This document shows, one piece after another, positions 19,148 through 27,888 of a stretch of 64,000 bases of DNA (its first letter is position 1; every line of letters starts with the position of its first letter). The stretch is from Desulfosudaceae bacterium (GTDB lineage: Bacteria > Desulfobacterota > Desulfobacteria > Desulfobacterales > Desulfosudaceae). The stretch covers positions 384,001 to 448,000 of the forward strand of contig CAXXDV010000003.1 of the NCBI GenBank assembly GCA_963674745.2, in the 5' to 3' direction. The position numbers and the translations under genes are program-made. The notes under the pieces are model-generated. The model ran no database searches. It was not told the origin of the DNA and was given only the letters and a program-made list of their open reading frames with translations.

Positions 19148-20878
19148 TTATTTTTCGAACAGCGACAGGTAATTGTTGTAAAGCGCAGGATGTACACGGG
19201 AATAGGCGTCAAAGTCGCCGAGCAGTTCCATGCCGGGTATGATCGCCCGTACGACCGGCAGGCCGATATCTTTCCGGGTCAGGTCAACATAACAGGGCTG
19301 ATAGTGGTTTTTAATGAGCAGGGTTTCCAGCAGGACAAGGTCGGATGCATGATCATTGGTGGAATAGTCGGGCAGGTTTTCGTAACCCACCATGACCAGT
19401 TCCGTTGACGCCGGTCGAGTGGGCGGCGGGTTGGGAAAAGGGCAGGTCGTTTCGGTAATGGCTGAAATAATGGCACGCCGGGCATCCAGGTGAGCCGCAG
19501 TACCGGTGTGTATGATACCGGATTGTTCAACAACAAAACAGCGGCAGCAGGGAACGCCCATAGCCGGCGTAATATCCTGAAACCAGAGATCAATACCGGC
19601 CCGGCCGTAAGCCTCAAGAAGGGCTTCGATTCGGGCATCATGGGCCACCAGCCGGAAGCAGGTCGACAGGTCGTAGGGCACCGTGGCCGCCTGGTGCCGC
19701 TCAATAACTTCCAGCAGTGCGGCAACCCTGGCCTGGGCCGGGGTATTGCCTGATGCCAGGCCGGTAGATCCCAGTCCGGAAAACAGGGACGGTTCATCCA
19801 GGTTGCAGAACAGAAAGAGGCACTGGGCTGGAACCCATATCGGCCGGGTGTTTTCGTTCCGGTCGTGTGGATCGGGCGTTACACCCTCAACCCAGTGCAG
19901 GGTCTGATCACGGTAAGCAACTTCCAAAGACAGGCTGGAGGGATCGATGGCATTACCAACCCGTATTTCGTTGAACGTTGCCCGGCGCAACGGGTAGTCG
20001 TTCTGATAATCCGCCAGGCCGTCGTCCGATACCGCGGCAAAGGCCGAACAGCGCTCTACGATTTCCATCATCAATGAGGCCCGGGCCGCGTCCAGGGACA
20101 GCCCTCTGCCGTAACTGGTCTGTTCCCCTGAAAGGGAAAACCGGTTTCGCCGGTGATCAACCCGGCGGGCAAATTGCCATGATCGCAGAAGGCCGATGGG
20201 ACTTAAACTGGCTTCATGCCGCATGAGTTGCCCCAGTTCCACGCCGGCCTTTTCCAGCCGTTGGGCGGCGGTTGCTGCCGTCTGATCCGGGGATGGCGTC
20301 CTGGGTGGCGAGGTGCTGTTTTGACGGGTCGATACGGCCAGTTCGGATAAGGTCGCCGTCTGCCTGGTCGGTTGATTCTCAATAGTCAGTGGCGGCAGAC
20401 CCGTCTCTTCGGGGGGTATCAACGGCTTGTGTTCCTGCAGGTTGGTTCTGAAAAAAGTCGTCCATTGCCGATGAAGGGACTGATCCGGTTCCAGAAACGA
20501 ACGCAGATAAATCAACGGGGTGTGGCGGCTTATTTCGTCAATTGTTTCCGGCGAAAACTGTCCGGCCAGAGCGTCTCTTCCCTTTGTCAGCAGCAGGTGC
20601 TCGGCAACCAGGGCCCGGTAGACAGGGTTTTCTGCTTCACTGCTTTGGTTTAATAGCTGCTGCAGGGCATCGGTGGATAGTGAAGTAATACGCGTCAAAA
20701 CGTACTGGTGTAAGAAATCATCCATGGGCCGGGATTTTAACAGTGGCAACGCGTCTTCTGTGGACAACGCCTCATCCGGTGTCACGACGAAGAAGCCTGT
20801 TTGGTGGCGGGTTGTTTCCCGTGTTAATGTATAAGCCAGTTTTTTATTTTTCAAAAAGACCTCGTCTATTCGAATCAC
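19148..20878 (-). CDS. YcaO-like family protein with N-terminal extension
   Basis: SYGRG..AR.S.MMEIVER; STGLASGNT..ALLEVIERH; VVRAIIPGME. Confidence 0.85.
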   Translation of the reverse strand: MIRIDEVFLKNKKLAYTLTRETTRHQTGFFVVTPDEALSTEDALPLLKSRPMDDFLHQYVLTRITSLSTDALQQLLNQSSEAENPVYRALVAEHLLLTKGRDALAGQFSPETIDEISRHTPLIYLRSFLEPDQSLHRQWTTFFRTNLQEHKPLIPPEETGLPPLTIENQPTRQTATLSELAVSTRQNSTSPPRTPSPDQTAATAAQRLEKAGVELGQLMRHEASLSPIGLLRSWQFARRVDHRRNRFSLSGEQTSYGRGLSLDAARASLMMEIVERCSAFAAVSDDGLADYQNDYPLRRATFNEIRVGNAIDPSSLSLEVAYRDQTLHWVEGVTPDPHDRNENTRPIWVPAQCLFLFCNLDEPSLFSGLGSTGLASGNTPAQARVAALLEVIERHQAATVPYDLSTCFRLVAHDARIEALLEAYGRAGIDLWFQDITPAMGVPCCRCFVVEQSGIIHTGTAAHLDARRAIISAITETTCPFPNPPPTRPASTELVMVGYENLPDYSTNDHASDLVLLETLLIKNHYQPCYVDLTRKDIGLPVVRAIIPGMELLGDFDAYSRVHPALYNNYLSLFEK

Positions 20879-20907
20879 AATTCAGGATGACCGGCCCAAA
20901 GAGGTTC

Positions 20908-23214
20908 TTAATTCCGGTATATGTCCGGAGACGGCATTTTTTCTTTCAGAAAGGCCGCGATTTCATCCCCGGTTTCCATTTTCAGGCAGGCCCTCAAAGC
21001 GGTTTGAGCATCTGACTGCCTGACAGCACAGATAAATTGTTTGGCGGCCGGAATGGAAGAGGGAATCATGCTGAGCTGATTCGCTCCCATCCCGATGAAC
21101 AGAAAAATACTTTCCCTGACGGATGCGGCTTCACCGCAGATACAGACCTGTTTGTCGAGTTGCCGGCAGGTGGACATGACCTGTTCCACCGTCGCAATAA
21201 CGGCCGGGTGGAGGGAATTGAAGTGCCGGGCCACTTTTTTGTTGTTCCGGTCCACAGCAAGCAGATATTGCATCAGATCGTTGGTGCCGATATTGACAAA
21301 ATTTACGTAACGCAGCAGGCGGTCCAAAATAGGTACGGCCGCCGGCACTTCGACCATAATACCCAGTTCGATGTCCCGGTCAAACGGTATGCCGTTCCGG
21401 TCCAGATTCCGTTTTTCATCCGCTACCAGTGCCACGACCTGTCGGATCTCTTCAACCTGGGTGATCATGGGGAACAGTAACCGGGTCTTGCCGAGGGCTG
21501 AAGCCCGCAGGATGGCCCGGATCTGGATCCGGAAAATGTCTTCCAGGTCAAGACTTAATCGAATGGCCCGCCACCCCAGAAAAGGGTTGTTTTCTTTGGG
21601 GTAATCCAGGTAGGACAAAAATTTATCACCACCCACGTCAAAGGTCCGGATGGTCAGTTCTCGACCGTCCGCTTTTTCCAGAGCCCGGGTATAAAGGGCG
21701 ACCTGTTCTTCTTCCGAAGGAAAGGTTTTGCGCAGGAGAAACGGGAACTCCGTCCGGTACAGGCCGATATGATCCGCCCCGTATTTCCGGGCCAGGAGCA
21801 GATCTGACAGGAGCCCGATGTTGGCGCCGAGCCTGACCGCAAAACCGTCCTGTGTTTCCGCCGAACGGTCCCGAAGTCCTTCCAGTTGTTTCAGTACGCG
21901 CCTGTGTTCCTCCTGGCGGTGTTCATATTTTTCGCGGATATCCGGGTCAGGATTGACGTAGACGATTCCGGATACCCCATCAACGATCAGAAAATCATTG
22001 GCGCGGACATTGTCGAATACATCCTCCACACCGATAACAATCGGGACCTCCAGGGACTTTGCCATGATAACCGTGTGTGAGGTTCGTCCTCCCCGGGCCA
22101 GCACAACGCCTTTCAGGTGCGGTTGGCGGGTGGCCAGCAGGTCTACCGGAGAAATATCCGAAGCAATGATAATCGTGTCGCGGGTAAACGCCTGGTCCGA
22201 CACTTCGTTGATGCCGACCAGGTTGCCCAGCACCCGGCGGCCGATATCCAGGATATCGGCATAACGTTCGTTCAGATAAGGGTCGTTTATGGCTTTAAAC
22301 AGGGTTACATATTTTAAAACCACCTGCTTTAAAGAGTACTCGGCACTTTCGCCCTGATTGATGAGGGCCACAATTTTTTTGCGCAGGGATTTATCGGCCA
22401 GGAACATGAGGTGCGCGTCGATAATGGCTTTTTCCTGATCCGAGAGGCTCGGGACGTTTTCAACCACCTGTTTTATCTGTCTGGCAGCGGCATCAAAGGC
22501 CTCCTCCAGACGAAGGATTTCTGCGGCCGTGTCGGTAACGGCGGTTGAATGAATATGCTCGAATTCGATGGTTTCCAGCATTAAATGGGCAAATCCGGTA
22601 GCCACCCGGTCGGAAACCGCCTCTCCGCGCAGGTGTTTCTGGTTAAGGGTGGTTTCTTTGATGGCGTTTTTCTTCCCGGTCGGCTTCAGCTTTATTGATT
22701 TGCCGGTTTCCTGCCGCTCCTCCTGAAGCATGGTAAAGGCAATGGTCGCGGCAATCTGACCGGCAATGTTATTCAATAACTGAATGTCCTCATCGGCGAT
22801 ACCTTCCTCAGCCCGGGTCTGGACAACCAGTGCACCGAGAACCTTTTTATGGTAGATCAGCGGTATCCCCAGATAGGTGTTGTAAACCTCTTCACCACTG
22901 CCGCCGTAATACTTGTACCGGGGGTGAGCGGCGGGGTTTTTGATGAAAACCGGGGCCATGGTTTCAATCACCAGACCGGTCAGCCCTTCACTTACGTCCA
23001 TTTCGATGGCACCGACCGATTTCTGGCTTAACCCGATCGTGGCTTTTAACATCAACGTGTTGGTGTAAGGATTGTAGGCATATACCGAGCAGGCATCGGT
23101 TTTAAAACGGGCCGCAATCATTCTGACAATTCGGTCCAGGGACTGATCAGGGCTGTCCGAATCGGCGATGGTTTTCAGGATACTTTCCAGAATATGGTGT
23201 CGCGCTTCATTCAT
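20908..23214 (-). CDS. ptsP: GAF-containing PEP-protein phosphotransferase (enzyme I-Ntr type)
   Basis: N-terminal GAF; GGRTSHT phospho-His; GLYRTEF; ENNPFLGWRAIR; GTNDL.QY; ICGE. Confidence 0.92.
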   Translation of the reverse strand: MNEARHHILESILKTIADSDSPDQSLDRIVRMIAARFKTDACSVYAYNPYTNTLMLKATIGLSQKSVGAIEMDVSEGLTGLVIETMAPVFIKNPAAHPRYKYYGGSGEEVYNTYLGIPLIYHKKVLGALVVQTRAEEGIADEDIQLLNNIAGQIAATIAFTMLQEERQETGKSIKLKPTGKKNAIKETTLNQKHLRGEAVSDRVATGFAHLMLETIEFEHIHSTAVTDTAAEILRLEEAFDAAARQIKQVVENVPSLSDQEKAIIDAHLMFLADKSLRKKIVALINQGESAEYSLKQVVLKYVTLFKAINDPYLNERYADILDIGRRVLGNLVGINEVSDQAFTRDTIIIASDISPVDLLATRQPHLKGVVLARGGRTSHTVIMAKSLEVPIVIGVEDVFDNVRANDFLIVDGVSGIVYVNPDPDIREKYEHRQEEHRRVLKQLEGLRDRSAETQDGFAVRLGANIGLLSDLLLARKYGADHIGLYRTEFPFLLRKTFPSEEEQVALYTRALEKADGRELTIRTFDVGGDKFLSYLDYPKENNPFLGWRAIRLSLDLEDIFRIQIRAILRASALGKTRLLFPMITQVEEIRQVVALVADEKRNLDRNGIPFDRDIELGIMVEVPAAVPILDRLLRYVNFVNIGTNDLMQYLLAVDRNNKKVARHFNSLHPAVIATVEQVMSTCRQLDKQVCICGEAASVRESIFLFIGMGANQLSMIPSSIPAAKQFICAVRQSDAQTALRACLKMETGDEIAAFLKEKMPSPDIYRN

Positions 23215-23480
23215 AGCAATGCTTTTAAAGTTAATCCAGCCCCGATACCTTTCAGCACGGTTTTGAATGTCGGTGTTTTTTTCATCCTTTTATATCATAG
23301 GTCGGGTTTTATTTTAAGAGATACTCTTATGGGAAAGGCGATGTGATGAAAGCGTTTACCGCGAAAACATGCAAAGGAAAATTAAACGGGGGGAATTGAA
23401 ATGAAAATTTACGATTTGTATTACCGGTCTATTGTTGCAGCGCCTGTGGCAGGTATGCCGGCTGCATCCGGCAGGAGGGG

Positions 23481-24386
23481 TTAAGGCTGTGTAATGAGAA
23501 TCGAATTCGGGTCCTGTTTCTGAATGGTATCTATGACCATTTTAATTTTTCCCAGGATGTTGTCGACCGTAATCCCGTCGCCGGTGGCATCAACAATACC
23601 AAGGCTGATGGTGATGTTGATGGATTCATCATCATAAGAAAAACTGCTTTTCTTCACCAGTTCCTGAAGCTGTTCAGCAACGTTCAGTGCCGACTGGGGT
23701 GTTGTCTCCGGAAGGATAAGGCTGAATTCTTCACCGTTGTACCGGGCTACCGTGTCCACGATGCGCAGGCGGTTGATAAACAGGGAGGCCAGTTGGATTA
23801 AGACATTGTCTCCGGCCTGGGAGCCGCATTTTTCGTTAACCTGTTTGAAATTATCAATATCAATTGCAATCAGGGACAGGGGCCGTTTATAGCGTTTATG
23901 GCGTTCGATTTCATGTTTGAGTTTTGCTTCAAAATATCGCCGGTTATATATTTCCGTCAGGGTGTCCCGGGTGTTGATGTCCAGCAGTTTGGCCTCGTAG
24001 GCGGCCACTTCCGTCGCATCCTGGATGATCATATATATGTATTCGATCTCTTTGTCTTTATTATAAAGCGGTCCCAGGGTGCAATTCTGCTGCATATATT
24101 TGAATTCCGGGTCAAAATGGTGAACCGGTGATATGGGGATGATATAATTATGTAATTTTTGAGAAAAAAAGGAGAAGTTGCCGAAGCTGAAAACAGATTT
24201 GCAGTTTTTGATAAACCAGTTTTTATTGAGATTCGGAAAATAATCAAAAAGCGGTGCGCCTACAATTTCTTCAGCAGGGATCCTGGTATGCATCTCCAGC
24301 CATCTATTCCACTTTTGGACATTCAACTCACTGTCCAGAATAATAATGCCAAGATTCACCATATCAAACAGTTGTGAGAAGAACAT
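23481..24386 (-). CDS. PAS + degenerate GGDEF-domain protein
   Basis: DTLTEIYNRR, DIDNFKQVN; active-site motif reads RYNGEEF. Confidence 0.8.
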   Translation of the reverse strand: MFFSQLFDMVNLGIIILDSELNVQKWNRWLEMHTRIPAEEIVGAPLFDYFPNLNKNWFIKNCKSVFSFGNFSFFSQKLHNYIIPISPVHHFDPEFKYMQQNCTLGPLYNKDKEIEYIYMIIQDATEVAAYEAKLLDINTRDTLTEIYNRRYFEAKLKHEIERHKRYKRPLSLIAIDIDNFKQVNEKCGSQAGDNVLIQLASLFINRLRIVDTVARYNGEEFSLILPETTPQSALNVAEQLQELVKKSSFSYDDESINITISLGIVDATGDGITVDNILGKIKMVIDTIQKQDPNSILITQP

Positions 24387-24482
24387 GCGTTGCCCTCCAT
24401 GAAATTAATAGGCGATTTTAAGTATTTTTAATTATCATAAAAGGTATTAAACGTCAAACTGATAGATGGCTCAACGGAAAGT

Positions 24483-24524
24483 AAAAAAAAAACCGTAACC
24501 TTGAAAAAGGTTACGGTTTTGTTT
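24483..24524 (-). terminator. Intrinsic terminator downstream of tRNA-Leu
   Basis: aaaaccgtaacctt-gaaa-aaggttacggtttt with an A-run giving a U-tail on the minus strand. Confidence 0.85.
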
Positions 24525-24527
24525 GCG

Positions 24528-24614
24528 TGGTGCCGAAGGGGAGATTTGAACTCCCACGAGGGAACCCTCACTAGACCCTGAACCTAGCGCGTCTACCAAT
24601 TCCGCCACTTCGGC
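24528..24614 (-). tRNA. tRNA-Leu (CAG)
   Basis: Reverse complement GCCGAAGTGGCGGAATTGGTAGACGCGCTAGGTTCAGGGTCTAG...GTTCAAATC...TTCGGCACCA; long variable arm; encoded CCA. Confidence 0.96.
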
Positions 24615-24663
24615 TTCAGCCGGACTCGATCAATTAATGATTGCGTCTTTAACTGAATTTTTC

Positions 24664-24692
24664 TATATAAAAAGATTATAACATTCTGTCAA
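24664..24692 (-). promoter_or_regulatory. Sigma-70 promoter for tRNA-Leu
   Basis: TTGACA-17nt-TATATA on the minus strand. Confidence 0.65.
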
Positions 24693-24731
24693 GCAATAAT
24701 GTGACTTTGAAAGAGAGGTTTGCAAAAAAAA

Positions 24732-25661
24732 ATGCAACTGGTTGAAGGGCTGGATAAAATAAACGGGCCTTATACAAAAGCGGTTGTCACCATCGGCAAC
24801 TTTGACGGTGTCCATAAAGGGCACCAGGCGCTGTTTCGGATATTGTGCAATAAATCCGCACAATTAGGCGGCACGTCAGTGGTGATTACCTTTGAGCCGC
24901 ATCCGGCAAGGGTTGTGGGGGGAAAATCCAGTTTGCCGCTGATTACCATGTATGAACAGAAAATTGAACTGATTGCCGCTTTGGGTGTGGATGTCTGCCT
25001 CTGCATTCCTTTTACTGAAGAATTCGCCGTCATGTCCGCACATGATTTCGTCAGCCATATTCTTGTTGATCGTCTTGGTATGGCCGCCATTATTGTGGGA
25101 AAGGATTATGCCTTTGGTAAAAATCGTGAGGGTGATGTCGAGTTCCTACGTAAATATTCAGAAATTCAAGGTTTTGAGTTGATCTGCCTGGATGAGGTGC
25201 CGTCGGCCGACGGTCTGCCGCGTATCAGCAGTACCATTATCCGTGAAACTGTCGGGCGGGGTGATATGGGGACGGCATTTGAACTGCTGGGACGTTATTA
25301 TCAGATCAGGGGCAGGGTGGTTTCCGGCCGCGGGCGGGGCGGCCGCAGCCTGGGGTTTCCCACGGCCAACCTGGAGCTGGTTGATGAGTTGTGCCCCCCG
25401 TCGGGTGTTTATGCTGTTTATGTCGAATACCGGTCGGAGCGATTCAAGGGCGTCGCCAATATCGGTTACAGCCCTACCTTTGATGACCATTTGTTTACTG
25501 TTGAAGTTCATATAATGGATTTTGATGATCAGATAAGAGGTCAGAACATAAAGGTCGATTTTGTAAAACGGTTGCGCGCGGAAACGAAATTTCCGGGAAT
25601 CGAGGAGCTGAAAGCACAAATTTTTAAAGACATTGAACAGGCCAAAGCCCTGCTGCAATAA
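24732..25661 (+). CDS. ribF: Bifunctional riboflavin kinase/FAD synthetase
   Basis: IGNFDGVHKGH, ISST, LGFPTAN, VEVH. Confidence 0.95.
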   Translation: MQLVEGLDKINGPYTKAVVTIGNFDGVHKGHQALFRILCNKSAQLGGTSVVITFEPHPARVVGGKSSLPLITMYEQKIELIAALGVDVCLCIPFTEEFAVMSAHDFVSHILVDRLGMAAIIVGKDYAFGKNREGDVEFLRKYSEIQGFELICLDEVPSADGLPRISSTIIRETVGRGDMGTAFELLGRYYQIRGRVVSGRGRGGRSLGFPTANLELVDELCPPSGVYAVYVEYRSERFKGVANIGYSPTFDDHLFTVEVHIMDFDDQIRGQNIKVDFVKRLRAETKFPGIEELKAQIFKDIEQAKALLQ

Positions 25662-25676
25662 CGGAGGTTAAAAATC

Positions 25677-26186
25677 ATGTCAATTCTTGAAATCGTCACC
25701 TATCCGGCTGATATTCTGCGGGACGGTGCCAAACCGGTCGAGCAGATTGATGAGCGGCTGCAGCAATTGATAGATGCCATGGCTGAGACCATGTATGCCA
25801 ATGCCGGTGTCGGGCTGGCGGCTGTTCAGGTGGGCAGCGACCAACAGGTGATTATATATGATATATCGGAAGAGCGGGAGAAACGGTGTTATAAGGCTTT
25901 GATAAATCCACGGATTATTGCCTCCGAAGATGAGTTTTTATCCGAGCGGGAGGGCTGCCTGAGTGTTCCTGAATTGCGGGTTGACATTAAACGGTCTTTC
26001 TGCGTTGGTGTGGACGCAATGGACCGGGACGGAAACCCTGTCCGCATTGACGCCGAAGACCTGGAAGCCGTGGTCCTTCAGCATGAAATCGATCATTTAA
26101 ACGGGGTCCTGATCCTGGATAAGGCCAGTCGTTTGAAGCGGCAGTTGTACAAGAAAAAATGCGCAAAAAGGGCCGCACAGAAATGA
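25677..26186 (+). CDS. def: Peptide deformylase
   Basis: GVGLAAVQ, EGCLS, QHEIDHLNG. Confidence 0.96.
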   Translation: MSILEIVTYPADILRDGAKPVEQIDERLQQLIDAMAETMYANAGVGLAAVQVGSDQQVIIYDISEEREKRCYKALINPRIIASEDEFLSEREGCLSVPELRVDIKRSFCVGVDAMDRDGNPVRIDAEDLEAVVLQHEIDHLNGVLILDKASRLKRQLYKKKCAKRAAQK

Positions 26187-27130
26187 CCGGGAATTTGAAG
26201 ATTCTGTTTTTCGGGACTTCGGAATACGCGGTTCCCGGTATTAAGGCGCTGGTTGACGAAGGCTGTCATGTGCCACTGGTCATCACCCAACCGGACAGGC
26301 CCCGGGGACGCGGTCGGCGTCTGTCGCCGACACCGGTCAAAGTGGCCGCACAGGAGTTGAATATCGAGGTGGCACAGCCCGAATCGGTTCGTGGCCAGGA
26401 ATTTATCAATGATATTTCCGCCCTTTCCGCGGATCTGATGGTGGTCATTTCATATGGCAGGATTCTGCCCAGGGCTGTGCTTGACGTTCCCCGTCTGGGA
26501 GCTGTCAATATTCATCCTTCTCTTTTGCCGGCCTACCGCGGTCCGTCACCTATCCAGTGGGCTGTGGTCAACATGGAACCCGTCACCGGCGTGACGAGTA
26601 TTTTTATGGATGAGGGGATGGATTCGGGCGACATTATTCTGTCTGAGACCACCCCGGTTGACCCCGGTGAAACCGCCCAGGTGCTTCATGACCGTCTGGC
26701 TGTTGTAGGGGCAACGGTTTTGATAAAGACCGTCAAGTTGGTGGCGGAAGGTAAGGCCCGGCCGGTTCCCCAGGATCATTCCCGGGCGACCCTTGCGCCG
26801 CTGTTGACCAAGGCGCACGGCCGCATTGACTGGCAAAAATCAGCGCGGCAGCTGGTGGCCTTCATCAATGGTATGACACCCTGGCCCGGGGCATTTACCT
26901 GTTTGGACAACAAACGATACAAAATTTTAAAGGCAGAGCACATCCCTGCCAGCGAAACCAGTTCGCCCGGAACCGTGTTGAAGAGTTTTCCCGGTGAGCT
27001 CAGGGTCGCGACCGGTGAGGGGGTACTTTCTGTTCTGATGATCCAGGGCGCATCCGGAAAGGCGCTTTCAATCGCTGATTTCCTGCGGGGTTCGCCTATC
27101 CCGGAGGGTTCGGTTTTTTCAAATGGTTGA
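26183..27130 (+). CDS. fmt: Methionyl-tRNA formyltransferase
   Basis: TQPDRP, NIHPSLLPAYRG, MDSGDI; ATGA overlap with def. Confidence 0.95.
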   Translation: MTGNLKILFFGTSEYAVPGIKALVDEGCHVPLVITQPDRPRGRGRRLSPTPVKVAAQELNIEVAQPESVRGQEFINDISALSADLMVVISYGRILPRAVLDVPRLGAVNIHPSLLPAYRGPSPIQWAVVNMEPVTGVTSIFMDEGMDSGDIILSETTPVDPGETAQVLHDRLAVVGATVLIKTVKLVAEGKARPVPQDHSRATLAPLLTKAHGRIDWQKSARQLVAFINGMTPWPGAFTCLDNKRYKILKAEHIPASETSSPGTVLKSFPGELRVATGEGVLSVLMIQGASGKALSIADFLRGSPIPEGSVFSNG

Positions 27131-27144
27131 TGCCGGTCCGGTGA

Positions 27145-27280
27145 TTAAAGTTTTATGTGTTTAAGTGTTTACGTGATTAGCGCCCAAACCGGGCACAGTC
27201 TGCCTTCAAACCGGTAAGTAATAGTGTTGTTTAAAAGTTTATGTGCTTAAGTGGTTATGTGATTAGGTGATTAAGTGATC
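27145..27280 (+). repeat. Two arrays of degenerate 8-mers (consensus TTAnGTGn)
   Basis: ttatgtgt ttaagtgt ttacgtga; ttatgtgc ttaagtgg ttatgtga ttaggtga ttaagtga. Confidence 0.85.
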
Positions 27281-27399
27281 ATCGTCCCACCCGGCTGTTT
27301 TTCAAAACCAGATCTGCAAAAATAAATAGTGTTATAACTTGGGAAGTGGTTAAAGGTTTAATGTTATGTTTAAAAAAAACAACGCCTCTGGAAGAGTAT

Positions 27400-27609
27400 A
27401 TGAAAAATAATGATGATTCTAAGATAGTGTTTTCGGGGACGACAATTTCTAAGAAAAATGCAAATAAAGTCGGCCTTGGATTTATCTTTGGTCTAGCAGG
27501 AGTTGTCTTTTCCGTGGTTGTATTTGATAATAACAAACCCGCCGCATATGTGACATGCACAATTTGCATAGTGGCCGGGTTTGTTGTTGGGAATAAAATA
27601 TTTAAATAA
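27400..27609 (+). CDS. Small AT-rich hypothetical membrane protein (69 aa, 2 TM)
   Basis: SD-like ggaagag; ATG 27400; two hydrophobic segments; lower GC than the flanking genes. Confidence 0.6.
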   Translation: MKNNDDSKIVFSGTTISKKNANKVGLGFIFGLAGVVFSVVVFDNNKPAAYVTCTICIVAGFVVGNKIFK

Positions 27610-27772
27610 TTTAACATATCAACACCATGCATTTGATTCGCAGGGGCGGACTGTTTATAGTATCGTGGTTCGCTGTTAACGTGGCTTTGCAAAGGTCACT
27701 GTTCCCTGCGCCCAAGTGACGGTGGACGATAGTAGTAAGGTTGTATGGGTGGGCAAGAACTTTGGAAGGGAT

Positions 27773-27819
27773 AACCTAACCACTTAAACACCTAATCACT
27801 TAACCACATAACCACAAAA
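27773..27819 (-). repeat. Inverted array of the same 8-mer
   Basis: ccacttaa acacctaa tcacttaa ccacataa are reverse complements of TTAnGTGn. Confidence 0.85.
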
Positions 27820-27888
27820 TCATAATATGGCTTTTGATGAACGTCTTCCCACTTGTTTTCCGAATGCCTTTGAGAAAAGACTGATTCC

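Noticed and set aside
3822..20878. The IGDTGKP repeat protein as substrate of the YcaO enzyme
   Set aside because: The genes are 15 kb apart in unrelated transcription units, and the repeat protein appears to be Sec-exported; nothing in the sequence links them
24390..24614. tRNA-anchored genomic island
   Set aside because: No integrase and no duplicated tRNA 3' end was seen; the tRNA has its own promoter and terminator
27145..27819. CRISPR array
   Set aside because: The repeats are contiguous degenerate 8-mers with no 25-40-nt repeat/spacer alternation, and there are no cas genes in the window
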